From assembly GCF_006345805.1 (NCBI RefSeq), contig NC_042998.1, forward strand, positions 81,778,001 to 81,842,000: a stretch of DNA of 64,000 nt, read 5' to 3'. The stretch comes from Octopus sinensis. Lineage: Eukaryota. Each line of letters opens with the position of its first letter. Position 1 is the stretch's first letter. The translations under genes were made by a program, and so were the position numbers. Below are positions 42,108 through 54,364 of the stretch, one piece after another. Below the pieces are notes generated by a model. It was not told the origin of the DNA and did not search any database. It was given only the letters and a program-made list of their open reading frames with translations.

Positions 42108-42387
42108 AAATATCGTGTACATTAGAACACATTAAGAGGCTTCCAAATAGGAAAGCCTTATGTTAGAAAGAGCAGTAAAAAACTCAAACCACTAATAGTG
42201 AATATTTTTTTACTGGAATGAGTTAGAAACCATGGTCTAAGAACTGAATTAGATGGTAAACATTTTTAATTTTCAATCCTTTCGAGAATGTATCCATAAT
42301 TAGTGGTTTGAGTTTTCTACTGCTCTTTCTCGCACAAGGCTTTCCTATTTGGAAGCCTCTTAATGTGTTCTAATGTACACGATATTT
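42108..42387. mobile_element. Inverted-repeat element (~90-bp arms) next to (TA)n, with a deleted hammerhead remnant in the loop
   Basis: AAATATCGTGTACATTAGAACACATTAAGAGGCTTCC... versus ...GGAAGCCTCTTAATGTGTTCTAATGTACACGATATTT; loop 42207-42243 reads ttttta-CTG..gtta-GAAAC CATG GTC-taagaa. Confidence 0.75.
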
Positions 42388-43069
42388 TTATGTGAACAAT
42401 ATATAGTCTATTGGCTATTTTCTTGTGCTAGGCCACTGGTAATAATAATTTCTATAATTCTTATTACCCTGACATATTATATATATATATATGTGTGTGT
42501 ATGTATGTATGTATGTATGCATATAACTTACATATAGAGATATTTGATTGACAATCCAATAATTTATTTACATTACAATATTGCATTAAATACTATTAAT
42601 ATAATATATAACATAACATAACATTGTATAACATAAATAATTATGAAAAACCATAAAAGGCCAACAAATTGTTTCGACTTATATATATTTTTTCTGATAT
42701 ACATAATCACAGTTTCATTATATTTAAAGTCACTCCAGGGTCTTGGCTTTAGAAAAAGACGAAATTCAGTGTGAAAGGACGGTTAGATTGTGAAAATGTT
42801 ACTTTATATATATATATATATATGTATACTTACCGGCCTCGTCAGTAAGGACTGTTCGAATCAGGATGATTCCAGACTGAATTCTCTGTGAGTCTATATG
42901 TCTTCACTAAAAAATCTATGGATGATTTAGTGAATCACTAATGTGTATACAGAAAATTTATATAGACAGCAGTGTGCAATGTTTTACCAAAAATGAAAAC
43001 CATAAACATAGCACACTACTGTTAGTCTGTCTGTCTCTTTCACTCTCTCTCTGTCTCTCTCTGTATATA

Positions 43070-43113
<44 letters not shown>

Positions 43114-43219
43114 TGTGTGTGTCTATTAGAGTAGGTCGAAGATTGAAATGTTTTTATATGAATGTATGCATAACTATGAAACAAGCGGATTGTAAACATC
43201 ATTGATATGTTAGCTATCG

Positions 43220-43395
43220 GGAGCGGCGAGCTGGCAGAATCGGTATCTCGCCTGAAGTAATGATTAGCTGCATTCCTTCAGATGTTACGTTCTTCGGAGT
43301 CGATAAAATAAATATTATTTGAGCACTTGGGTCGGTGAATCTACTTTCACCCTCCTCGACAATTGCTGGCCTTGTGCCACAAATTGAAGCAAGTA
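43220..43395 (+). mobile_element. Family-A SINE (deleted, diverged)
   Basis: GCGGCGAGCTGGCAGAATCG...GTCGATAAAATAA...GCTGGCCTTGTGCCAC; flanked by TATGTTAGCTATC at ~43206 and ~43394 (probable TSD). Confidence 0.8.
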
Positions 43396-44190
43396 TGTTA
43401 GCTATCACTTCCAACAAAGGCATTACGTTTCATTATCGTTATAAGTTACGCAATTAAGAAAATGAATTGCATAAAATATACATCTTTGAATGATACTAAC
43501 AAAAGGAGGATATCTATCGAGTTGCTCATTTAGCGTTATCTTTCGTAAAAGCCTTATCAAAGTAAAGATTTTCTTCCGTGAAATCCAAATTAGCTTGCGA
43601 TTTGCCAGAAGTAAAAAACGTAAATTCTAATTATGCAAATACTTTCTCAGTGCCTTTTTCTCGCTTCTCAGTTTGTTATTCTCCATTGTTGTTTAAACCA
43701 GTTTAAATAATCTTGTGCAAAGATAAATGATTCATCAAGGGGAACCATCAATGCATCAAGTAACTTTTGAATCTCTTGAGACGTTTCGTGGTTGGAGAAT
43801 TGAAGAATGCCAGACAATTATCGTCAATGATACTGCAAAAGTAATAGATTTTAATCTTCATCTGCGTTAGTTGACTGTAGTTTTAACGTATTAAAGCTAT
43901 CTATTGTGGCGTATAAGCTCTGTGATATTGGTTCCATTGGTGATACGCAATAGTAATCTATACATATTGGAATATATATGTATCTGTGTAATGTATGTAT
44001 GTAAATATGCACATTGCATGCATGTATGCATGTATGTATGTATGTATGTATGTATGTATGTATGTATGTACGTATGTATATATGCATGTATCTGTCTGTC
44101 TATCAATCTATATGTATGTATCTGTCTGTCTATCAATCTCTCTTTCATTCCAATGTTTTTTTTCATTCTCTCTCCGTATTTTTTTTATTC

Positions 44191-44226
44191 CTTTCTGTTG
44201 AAGAGCATAGGCTCGAAACGTAAAAG
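44191..44226 (+). ncRNA. Ultra-minimal hammerhead-like motif, CUGUUGAA variant
   Basis: cttt-CTGTTGAA-gagc atag gctc-GAAAC GTA-aaag; perfect 4-bp stems I and II; stem III reduced to palindromic ACGT. Confidence 0.6.
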
Positions 44227-44653
44227 ACTTTTCCATATTACCCGAGCGTCAAACTAATACACTTGCTAAAGGGACTGTAATTCTCAAAGTTCAGTTCAAT
44301 TTACCAGTGAACTACGTTACGCGTATGCAATTTTCTAGAACACTGTAGTTTATCGATAAGACATACCAAACATTTTCGCAAATAAAATGAAAAAAATGTT
44401 CCTCTGGTAGTTTAAGAAGACCGTCATTAATAAATTCATGTCGATGAAAATTGTATCAGCAGATATTTTGTTCGGTGAAAGTATAAACAAAGCCAATAAG
44501 TCACGTGTGTTAAACGCAGTATCGTAATAAAAGACAGAACTTTTCTTTTTCTCCATTGACGTACATTACAGCAACTAATATATATTGTCTGGAAGTGCCT
44601 GGACGTATTTGGAATAAATATGCAATTTTTCCTATAAAAGATATTAGTATCTA

Positions 44654-44704
<51 letters not shown>

Positions 44705-44705
44705 A

Positions 44706-44736
<31 letters not shown>

Positions 44737-45038
44737 GCTATCTATCTATCCATCTATCTATCTATCCCCTTTTTTTCCCCTTTTTTCTTCTTTTTTCATT
44801 TCTCTTTCCTTTTGTTCCTTTTCCTTTTCCTTTTTTTTCTTTTTATTCTTTTTATTTTATTCAATTTTTTTTTGTTTTTGTTCTTTTCTTCCCTTTTACG
44901 ATCCCTCTTGATCGAAAACCTACGCCACCCCCCCCTTTTTTTCTTTTCTTTTTTGTTCTCTTCATCCCCCAAAAGAAAAGCTCTACCTTGTAACTTGTCC
45001 CATCTGTGTGCAGCCGTGTGTGGCCAATAAAGAAACTT

Positions 45039-45064
45039 ATCTATCTATCTATCTATCTATCTAC

Positions 45065-45111
<47 letters not shown>

Positions 45112-45138
45112 GCTATCTAGCTATCGATCTATCTATCT

Positions 45139-45173
<35 letters not shown>

Positions 45174-45226
45174 CTCTGTCTTTGTCTATATATCTGTCTG
45201 TCTGTCTATATATATATATCTCTCTC

Positions 45227-45281
<55 letters not shown>

Positions 45282-45316
45282 GTTTATCTGTCTATCTATC
45301 TCTCTGTCTGTCTCTA

Positions 45317-45381
<65 letters not shown>

Positions 45382-45406
45382 GTTTATCTGTCTATCTATC
45401 TCTCTG

Positions 45407-45470
<64 letters not shown>

Positions 45471-45495
45471 CCTATCTACCTACCTATCTATCTAT
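45039..45495. repeat. Long (ATCT)n/(GTCT)n tetranucleotide microsatellite
   Basis: Directly visible; source of the IYLS ORFs. Confidence 0.97.
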
Positions 45496-45699
45496 GTGTA
45501 TAAGTATGTGTGCGGAAATAATCAAATACGTGTATGAGTATGTGTTGTGTGCGTGTGTGTATTTCTGTGTACATATGTATATATACGTATATGTTATAGA
45601 AATATACTACATATTAATATATGTATACACACATGCACACACATACACAATATCGTACATACTCGCACATATTTTTAGTCATGCTTTTCTGTAAACTCC

Positions 45700-45930
45700 A
45701 GTGGTTCAGTGGTTAGGGTGTTCCGTTCAAGTTTGTGAGTTCGCTTCTTGCCACTTTATATTACGTTGGTCCAGTCCACTCAGCTTACAAAAAACAGTTA
45801 TATCCGTATCAGACTGAATCTGCCAGAGAAATACCTTGATGGTACATGTGTGTGTGTGTGGAGCTTGCTCAGCCGACTTTATGCTAATTTCACAGACAGG
45901 CGGTTCCCTTCATCGGATCACCTGGAACTT
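45700..45930 (+). mobile_element. Family-C SINE (diverged)
   Basis: AGTGGTTCAGTGGTTAGGGTGTTC...CACTTTATATTACGTTGGTCCAGTCCACTCAGC...GTGGAGCTTGCTCAGCC; reverse complement of the 26.3-kb and 54.4-kb copies. Confidence 0.7.
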
Positions 45931-46175
45931 TCGTGCCAGTTTGCATGTTTGCAAAGCCGACCTCAGCGACATTTGAACTCAGAGGTTTGGAGCCGAAAAA
46001 ATATTGCGATGCATTTTTCACGGAACGGTAATGATTCCGCCAGTCCATTGCATATTACTGCACAGAATAATTCCTACTATATGCACAAGGCCTGAAATTA
46101 TGGGAACAGGACTAGGTAACTGCCCCAGTCCTGAATTGTTACAACACACACGCACACACACGCACACATACACAC

Positions 46176-46238
<63 letters not shown>

Positions 46239-46245
46239 ATGTATG

Positions 46246-46303
<58 letters not shown>

Positions 46304-46415
46304 TACACACCATATATAATATATGTAGTTGAAAATTATAGAAAAACAAAACACGAAGACAGGAGTATGAACATCACGCTGAGGTATCAATTTGACGCTC
46401 GAGAAGTGAAAAGGT

Positions 46416-46451
46416 CTTTTACGTTTCGAGCCTGCGCACTATAACAGAAAA
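46416..46451 (-). ncRNA. Decayed CUGUUGAA-family hammerhead-like motif
   Basis: Minus strand ttt-CTGTTATA-gtgc gcag gctc-GAAAC GTA-aaag, in a ~46325-46495 copy of the same dispersed repeat as 14.4 and 44.2 kb. Confidence 0.45.
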
Positions 46452-46494
46452 GAATAAGAGAATATTAAAAAAAACAGACATATTCAGCGGTTAA

Positions 46495-46566
<72 letters not shown>

Positions 46567-46729
46567 GTATATATGTATTATAATATATATATATATGTAT
46601 GTATGATATATATATATATATGTATGTATATATATATATATTGTATGTATATGTATATATATATATATATATGTATATATAGTATATATATATGTAGATA
46701 TATATATATATATTATAGATATATATAAT

Positions 46730-46770
<41 letters not shown>

Positions 46771-46824
46771 TATAGAATATATATATAACATATATATATA
46801 CATATATATATATACATATATATA

Positions 46825-47213
46825 AATAATAATATTAGGGAATATATCCAAATTTACAGGGAAAAAAATCAGATTTAGGATTAAATCCAATTTTATAGTA
46901 AAATATTATAAATATTATTTGAGACAAACCACTATTTTGCAAAAAAAACAAGGAAGACTTAATCAATACATAAAATTTAATAAATAGTCAAAAAACCGCC
47001 ACTACAATCGTTTTCTTGTCTTGTCAGGTGGCTTCCAATAATTCAGTTACAAATTCATAATTTGTAACTGAATATTGGAAGTCCACCTGAAGATTGTCGA
47101 TCAAGACAAGAAACGATGTAGTGGCGGTTTTTTTGACTATTTATTAAATTTTATGTATTGATTAAGTCTTTCTTGTTTGTTTGCAAAATAGTGGTTGTTC
47201 TCAAATAATATTT

Positions 47214-47214
<1 letters not shown>
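46825..47214. mobile_element. Palindromic (head-to-head) hammerhead-bearing element embedded in (TA)n
   Basis: Arms ~46909-47055 and ~47059-47214, centred on ACAAATTcatAATTTGT; intact hammerhead in the right arm and a deleted one (46999-47031) in the left; long (TA)n on both sides. Confidence 0.88.
47083..47124 (+). ncRNA. Minimal type-I hammerhead ribozyme, canonical core
   Basis: ccac-CTGAAGA-ttgtc gatcaa gacaa-GAAAC GAT GTA-gtgg. Perfect stem I (4 bp) and stem II (5 bp), GUA site after 47120. Confidence 0.88.
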
Positions 47215-47267
<53 letters not shown>

Positions 47268-47384
47268 TTTATTTAAGCAGCAGAAAATTCAACAATGAAT
47301 TTCTGCTGCTTAAACTAAAGCATATACTTACCACTGGTATTGAGTACTCTTTTTTCCACCTTGTTTCACATTTATGTGTTTACT

Positions 47385-47427
<43 letters not shown>

Positions 47428-48800
47428 CTGCACGCATTCACATATACATGCACAAATACCCTTTTGGTGATACTGAAATTTCAATGACGGAGCCTTGGAT
47501 CTATGTTAGAAACCGGTTCTTTCCTTATTCGCGAGAAATATTGAAATAAAACCATATAATAACATTCATGCGTGTGTATATGTGCATGTTTACGTGTGTC
47601 TTTCTGTGTTTCTATGAAATTTACTTTTTCGTGAAATTTCTGCGAAATTTACTATTAAACACATGACCCTCCAAGATTAAGGTAATAAAAAAATATGACA
47701 TCTTCATCGCCACATGCATCTCCAGCAGAGCAGCAGCAGCAGGAAATGAGAAACATTAATGCTAATCCACATAGTCTATAGACGTTGTAAGTAACGATAA
47801 TGTACGCGAACATTATAGGTTATGTATCACTTGGTATACGCTAAATATTTTTTTTAAATGCTCTTGGTATCGACAGATGAGTATTGAAATCAGTGCAGTG
47901 CCAGTGTAATTCCTCCTGTTAATCTCATTTGGTGAAGTTCTTTAAAATGAATGAGTGGAAAATATCACGTGTTCATATTTCAATCTATAATCGTTTTTAC
48001 GTGTTGAATGTAGCCTATGGCAAGAACAAACATTATTTAGTAATTTTCTTCTCAATTCATTTTGTTCCTGTCTACATATTTCCCGTTTGTCTGCGTTTAT
48101 TTTCAATGACGTTAACACAGCAGATGTCCAGTGCAATCATACGTAGGTAATTTTATCTAAATTTCTATAATAAATTCTCCCGAAGTTTTTTTTTCAACTT
48201 GTTTTAATATTCTTTGCGCTTAAATAATATGTGCTAAAAATATAAGGAAGAATTTGATTATAAATAGAGGCCGAACATTGGAGCTGATCCCGAAACCACA
48301 TGGTTGCAAAGCGAGCTTCTTAACCTTACAGCCATACTTGCATCGACACATACATACATACAAATGATATATATATATATACAAATTGAGATAGGGGTTG
48401 TAAATGCAACCCTCTATGGGATAACGTATATCCAATATACTGCTAGTGAAGTACCCAACAAAGTTAATACATAAATGTTAATGATTGCGATGCAATCAAT
48501 TCATTTACTGTATTATATGGGCAAAGTTAAAATGATTTACCACAAATTACTAATACAAGATAAGAAAATGGAGAAACACATCTAAATCAAATATCAATTA
48601 CCAGATAATACTCAATCACATACTTTATTAAACCACCACATAAGAGACTGCAGGGTTAAATATAAAAGGCAGAACAAATCAGTGTACATAAAGGAATGTA
48701 CATAAAAAAGTGTATATAAAAGAGTAATGTTGTATAATAATTAGAATATATATAAAAAAGAATATAAATACAAGTAAATGTAAATATAAGCATACATTAG

Positions 48801-48927
48801 ATCTTACAGCTGTTTCGGCCATGTCGATAATTATGTCTCATTTTACCAATATTAGTCCTTTATGGTTGGTCAATATATAGATATAAATGAGACATTAACA
48901 AAAATATCACAAGGCCTCTTCGGAGAT
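48801..48927 (-). ncRNA. Type-I hammerhead motif, CCGAAGA core variant, long stem II
   Basis: Inverted twin of 50294-50420. Confidence 0.72.
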
Positions 48928-50293
48928 TATGTAATATAATACAGTCTACACATATACCCACAATACAACATATATATATACATATGAGTGTATATACTCA
49001 CACTCCTATACATATAAAAAAATATACATTTACATAATGATATAAATAAATAATATAAATTAGTAGACATATATATATGTGTTCCACACCAAATGTCTCA
49101 ATTTTTCGACTTAATATTGTGATAATAAACATACACAAATTAATATCTAGATGTAAATATACATAGTCAATAGTACATTATATTACTTCATAATAGTTTC
49201 CAAAGTGTCATTAAAATTAGTATCATTATCGTTGTCAATACAATTAATGTTATCATTGTTATCATTCATAATATTATTAATAACTCTTACATTATGATCC
49301 AGAGCAGAATATATGTATGTCCGTGTTCCAGTTAATAATTTTCCTTATGGCATAAATATACTATTGGATTTGAATTTAAAATTATCATTATCTTCCTCAC
49401 GGTTGGTCAATTGAGAACCGCCCGACATCCACCACACCGTACAAGCAAAACATCCACATCTAACCCTAAACCCATACATCCACAGAGAGACTCACACACA
49501 CACACCTGTACACACACATGAATACACCCCTACACATCTCTCCAATATTTATGCGTATATGCGGATGTGCGTGTGAGTGTGTGTTAGTGTTAGACACTAC
49601 TGCCTGTACTGATATGGCTATAAGCAATACGATGACAGACATGCACTCTCCAATATTGGAGAGATGTGTAGGGGTGTATTCATGTGTGTGTACATGTGTG
49701 TGTGTGAGTCTCTCTGTGGATGTATGGGTTTAGGGTTAGATATGGATGTTTTGCTTGTACGGTGTGGTGGAGGTCGGGCGGTTCTCAATTGACCAACCGT
49801 GAGGAAGATAATGATAATTTTAATTTCAAATCCAATAGTATATTTATGCCATAAGGAAAATTATTAACTGGAACACGGACATACATATATTCTGCTCTGG
49901 ATCATAATGTAAGAGTTATTAAACATATTATGAATGATAACAATGATAACATTAATTGTATTGGCAGCGATAATGATACTACTAACTTTAATGACACTTT
50001 GGAAACTATTATGAAGTAATATAATGTACTATTGACTATGTATATTTACATCTAGACATTAATTTGTGTATGCTTATCATCACATTATTAAGTCGAAAAA
50101 TTGAGACATTTGGTGTGGAACACATATATATGTCTACTAATTTATATTATTTATTTATATCATTATGTAAGTGTATATTTTTTTATATGTATAGGAGTGT
50201 GAGTATATACACTCATATGTATATATATGTTGTATTGTGGGTACGCACACCACACTCATGTGGGTATATGTGTAGACTGTGTTATATTACATA

Positions 50294-50420
50294 ATCTCCG
50301 AAGAGGCCTTGTGATATTTTTGTTAATGTCTCATTTATATCTATATAGTGACCAACCATAAAGGGCTAATATTGGTAAAATGAGACATAATTATCGACAT
50401 GGCCGAAACAGCTGTAAGAT
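50294..50420 (+). ncRNA. Type-I hammerhead motif, CCGAAGA core variant, long stem II
   Basis: atct-CCGAAGA-ggcc...atgtctcattt...aaatgagacat...ggcc-GAAAC AGCT GTA-agat; all three stems form; U4 is C. Confidence 0.75.
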
Positions 50421-50702
50421 CTACTGTATGCTTATATTTACATTTACTTGTATTTATATTCTTTTTTATATATATTCTAATTATTATACAACACTACTCT
50501 TTTATATATACTTTTGTATGTACATTCCTTTATGTACACTGATTTGTTCTGCTTTTTATATTTAACCCTGCAGTCTCTTATGTGGTGGTTTAATAAAGTA
50601 TGTGATTGAGTATTATCTGGTAATTGATATATTGATTTAGATGTGTTTCTCCATATCTTGTATATATATATATACATTTATCTATATATATATATATATA
50701 TC

Positions 50703-50734
<32 letters not shown>

Positions 50735-51238
50735 TGGATTTCAATTTAAAATTATCATTATCGTCCTCACGGTTGGTAATTGAGAACCGCCCGACCTCCA
50801 CCACACCGTACAAGCAAAACATCCATATCTAACCCTAAACCCATACATCCACAGAGAGACTCACACACACACACATGTACACACACATGAATACATCACT
50901 ACACATCTCGCCAATATTGGAGAGTGCATGTCTGTCAGCGTATTGTTTATAGACATATCAGTACAGGCAGCAGTGTCTAACACTAACACACACACTCACA
51001 CGCATAAATATTAATACACTTTCCTATACTGTGTCAGGGAACTTTCGCACACACATATATATATATTTTTAAATATATATCTGCGCACTCATACGTACAA
51101 GTAAAACCCATATTTATATCTACCCATGAATGAATATTCGCATATACATATATACACATTCAATCATGCATATATTTATATATATATTATATATATCTAT
51201 ATATAATATAATATTTTTATATATCATATATATATATT

Positions 51239-51279
<41 letters not shown>

Positions 51280-51292
51280 ATTATATAATATT

Positions 51293-51327
<35 letters not shown>

Positions 51328-51357
51328 CTTTATATATATCTATATAATATAATAATA

Positions 51358-52135
51358 TACTAAGCAATAAGGGTTTAGCAACGAATTGCCTTACCACATA
51401 CCGAATTTAGAAATAGCAGTCAAAGGGTTATAGCTATTTCTTCTTCTACTAAAAGGGAGATCTCAGTAAAAACAGCATTTGGAAGGCAGACACAAACAGG
51501 TAAGAAGAGAATGAATTGACTGCAATCTATCATACATTTTTTAGTTATCCACGGACGTACGTTTCGAAATCAAGTTTTTAGGAAAGCATAAGAATTAAAT
51601 ATTAAATATTAAATAATTCTATCTTACCGAAACTTCTTTTCTCTTCAGCGTAGAATATTATAATCATAAATGATTATATATTGAATTTTGAGATACCAGA
51701 AGGCACCCACTCAACTCAGTATCAGAGCGAGCTAGAATCCGCAACTGGTATCACCGAATTCAATTTGTGAATGAAACGATTGTGTCAACATCCCCTTCCC
51801 ACCCGCGTGTAGCCAAAACAAGATGCTGTGGTCATCTACTGAGATAAAATATGGTTATCCGTAATAATGAAGGGTGAAATTAATTAATTTGGAAAAATTA
51901 TCAATTACACCAAGTAGTCTTCGGCATGTAAAAGCCTCATTCGAGGAAAATTTAAGTAGAAGAAATAGTATAACCCTTTGACTGCTATTTCTAAATTCGG
52001 TATGTGGTAAGGCAATTCGTGCTAAACCCTTATTGCTTAGTATTACTTAAATTTTCCTCGAATGAGGCTTTTACATGCCGAAGACTACTTGGTGTAATTG
52101 ATAATTTTTCCAAATTAATTAATTTCACCCTTCAT

Positions 52136-52138
<3 letters not shown>
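51358..52138 (-). mobile_element. Hammerhead-bearing element distantly related to the 38.4-kb family: one permuted unit plus an inverted terminal copy, between (TA)n tracts
   Basis: 51958-52138 is the reverse complement of 51864-51958 joined to 51358-51447; shares AGGGT(A/G)AAATTAATTAATT..ATCAATT.CACCAAGTA and CATAC(T/C)GAA..TTAGAAATAGCAG with the 38412 unit. Confidence 0.85.
51548..51654 (-). ncRNA. Type-I hammerhead ribozyme, canonical core, long stem II
   Basis: Minus strand: tctacg-CTGAAGA-gaaa..aagtt......aactt..tttc-GAAAC GTAC GTC-cgtgga. 6-bp stem I (one GU), G10.1-C11.1 pair, GUC site between 51554 and 51553. Confidence 0.88.
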
Positions 52139-52172
<34 letters not shown>

Positions 52173-52185
52173 ATATATATATATT

Positions 52186-52254
<69 letters not shown>

Positions 52255-52261
52255 TTTGATA

Positions 52262-52971
52262 CTTTGATAGGTTTCGGCCATTATTGGCCCAGGCCATGTC
52301 TAACTTAATAGCACCACCTGGTGAAGTCTTTCAAGACAGAATTTGGGCACTATGGCCCACTCAAGTTGAGAGTTATTGTTTACAGAGACATATCTGGGTG
52401 TAGGGGGTTTATCCGGGATTTCTGGAAGGAATCTGTCCAAAGACTTCTTGAACCCTATAGGGTCTCTTTGTGTTTTAATGTGTTTTGGTGTAATGTTAAA
52501 GAGAGCGGGGCCAATTGAGGTGAAATAATTGTGCCGTATTGTTGTTATGAGATGAGAGTGCGATTTTTGTTTTGGGCGGATGGCACGGGCCCAAGCCTTG
52601 GATGTACCTTAAAGGTGATGCCAACATCATTTGGGAAATGCTGATGGAATATTTTCCACATCATGCAGATGACGTAGCGCTCACGGCGACGTTGGAGAGA
52701 ATAAAGTTTTAGCCTTTCTAGTCGACCCCAATAGTCGAGGCCTGTCATGCCATCTATCTTTTTTGTGATTGCCCTTTGAGGTGCTTCAACTTTTATGGTA
52801 CTTTGTTTTGTGTGGGGAGACCACAGTGGACAACAGTATTCAAGGTAGGGTCGGGCAAAAGTGGAGAAGAGAAGGATAATGGTGTGGATATCTCTCGACT
52901 GGAAAGTTCTGAAAATCCAGGAACACATTCTGCGGGCCATGTCAACTTTGGTGTTTATATGAGTGCCCCAG

Positions 52972-52972
<1 letters not shown>
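52262..52972 (-). pseudogene. CR1-like LINE ORF2 C-terminus and 3' end
   Basis: WGTHINTKVDMARRMCSWIFRTF...ARPYLEYCCPLWSPH...VEAPQRAITKKI.GM..LDYWGRLERLKLYSLQRRRER, the post-RT motif of CR1-group LINEs; flanked by (TA)n. Confidence 0.9.
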
Positions 52973-53017
<45 letters not shown>

Positions 53018-53164
53018 ATTGTTGTGTATGTATATATATATATATATATATATGATATATATATATATAGTAAACCCCCCAAAAAAAGAGTAACCACAAA
53101 AATGAACGCGAGGACGTGGTACATGTAAATTATTAACAGATGCCCAGGGAAGAAAAGAAAGATG

Positions 53165-53200
53165 GTTTAACATTTCGAGCGGACGCTCTTCTTCGGAAAC
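53165..53200 (-). ncRNA. Ultra-minimal hammerhead-like motif, CCGAAGAA variant
   Basis: Minus strand gttt-CCGAAGAA-gagc gtcc gctc-GAAAT GTT-aaac, in a ~53070-53255 element between (TA)n tracts. Confidence 0.55.
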
Positions 53201-53539
53201 AGAAGAAAGTCCAATAGAAGGGAAGACGGAGGAAGAAAATCGCCGACGATCCACATGTTGTTACATTTTGATATATATATATATATATATCAACCTATCT
53301 ACGTATCTACCTTTGTATCTATCTATCTCCATTGTCATGGAATCTCACCCCCCACCAAAATAAAACAACAACAATGTTCTTCTCTTCTAAACAAAGCCCA
53401 CCAAAAACATCTGTTTTATATAATTAAACAAGATGTTTGTACATTCACAAAATTCTATCTCACATGTTCGAGAAACGAACAAATGCGCTAATAATAATAA
53501 TGAATAAATAATTTTTCTTGTTAATTCTGGCGTCCACTT

Positions 53540-53620
<81 letters not shown>

Positions 53621-54364
53621 GCATATATACATACATACATACACACACACATATATATGCATGTGTGTATGTGTACTTTATATATATATATATATATATA
53701 GATATATATATTATATATATATATATATCCACTGTTACTTCGCTGTTACTTGTTATGTCACGTCACTTTATGACCCATAACTTAACGATTCAGCAATTAG
53801 AAATCGAATACTTAAATAGCGTGTTCGATATGATTGACCACACTTTTTGAAATTGGTGTTTGAACGAGACCGCGGGGGAATCACTGAATTCCTTAACGCC
53901 AGGGGAAATGTCTTCCTTCTTCAATTATCTAATTATTACATTTCCCGTGCAAAACGTATAATGTTGTAAAACTGGTGTTTTATGTGTTAAACAACATCTA
54001 CATGTAAATCGAATTGGTTTTCACCATGATTCAAAACCAGCTTCTGTGATAACCAAACCATAAAATGTCTTAAAACTCAAAAGTAATTATTGATAGAATT
54101 AGATCTTATTTTATATGTTTTAAATGGTAGTCGTTTTTTTTATTACTCCTTTCTTTTTTGTATATTAGTGAACAAGAAATGCATTTTGAATCTTAAAGCG
54201 TATGGAATAAAATGAAGTCAGCTTTGGTTCTTTTCACTAATATTAAAAAAATGTAAGAGGCTGAAACCTTTCAGACATGAAGTAAAATCGCGCCATTATT
54301 TTATCTCATGAATTGTTGACACATACACACACACGTGCACGCGCACACACATATAACTAAAAAG

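Larger units (their letters stand above)
48380..51010. mobile_element. ~1.1-kb non-coding hammerhead-bearing element present as a ~1-kb inverted pair plus a third partial copy
   Basis: ~48555-49548 is the reverse complement of ~49652-50662 (highly similar); 50733-51010 is the reverse complement of ~49550-49835; (TA)n tracts at the outer junctions. Confidence 0.9.

Noticed and set aside
42655-42850. Minus-strand CTGACGA-ggcc ... gtc-GAAACAATTTGTT
   Set aside because: The halves are ~160 nt apart across a TA tract and stem I does not pair; possibly a decayed motif but not supportable.
49459-49473. Telomere-like CTAACCCTAAACCC
   Set aside because: Only about two imperfect units inside a dispersed element; not an interstitial telomere.
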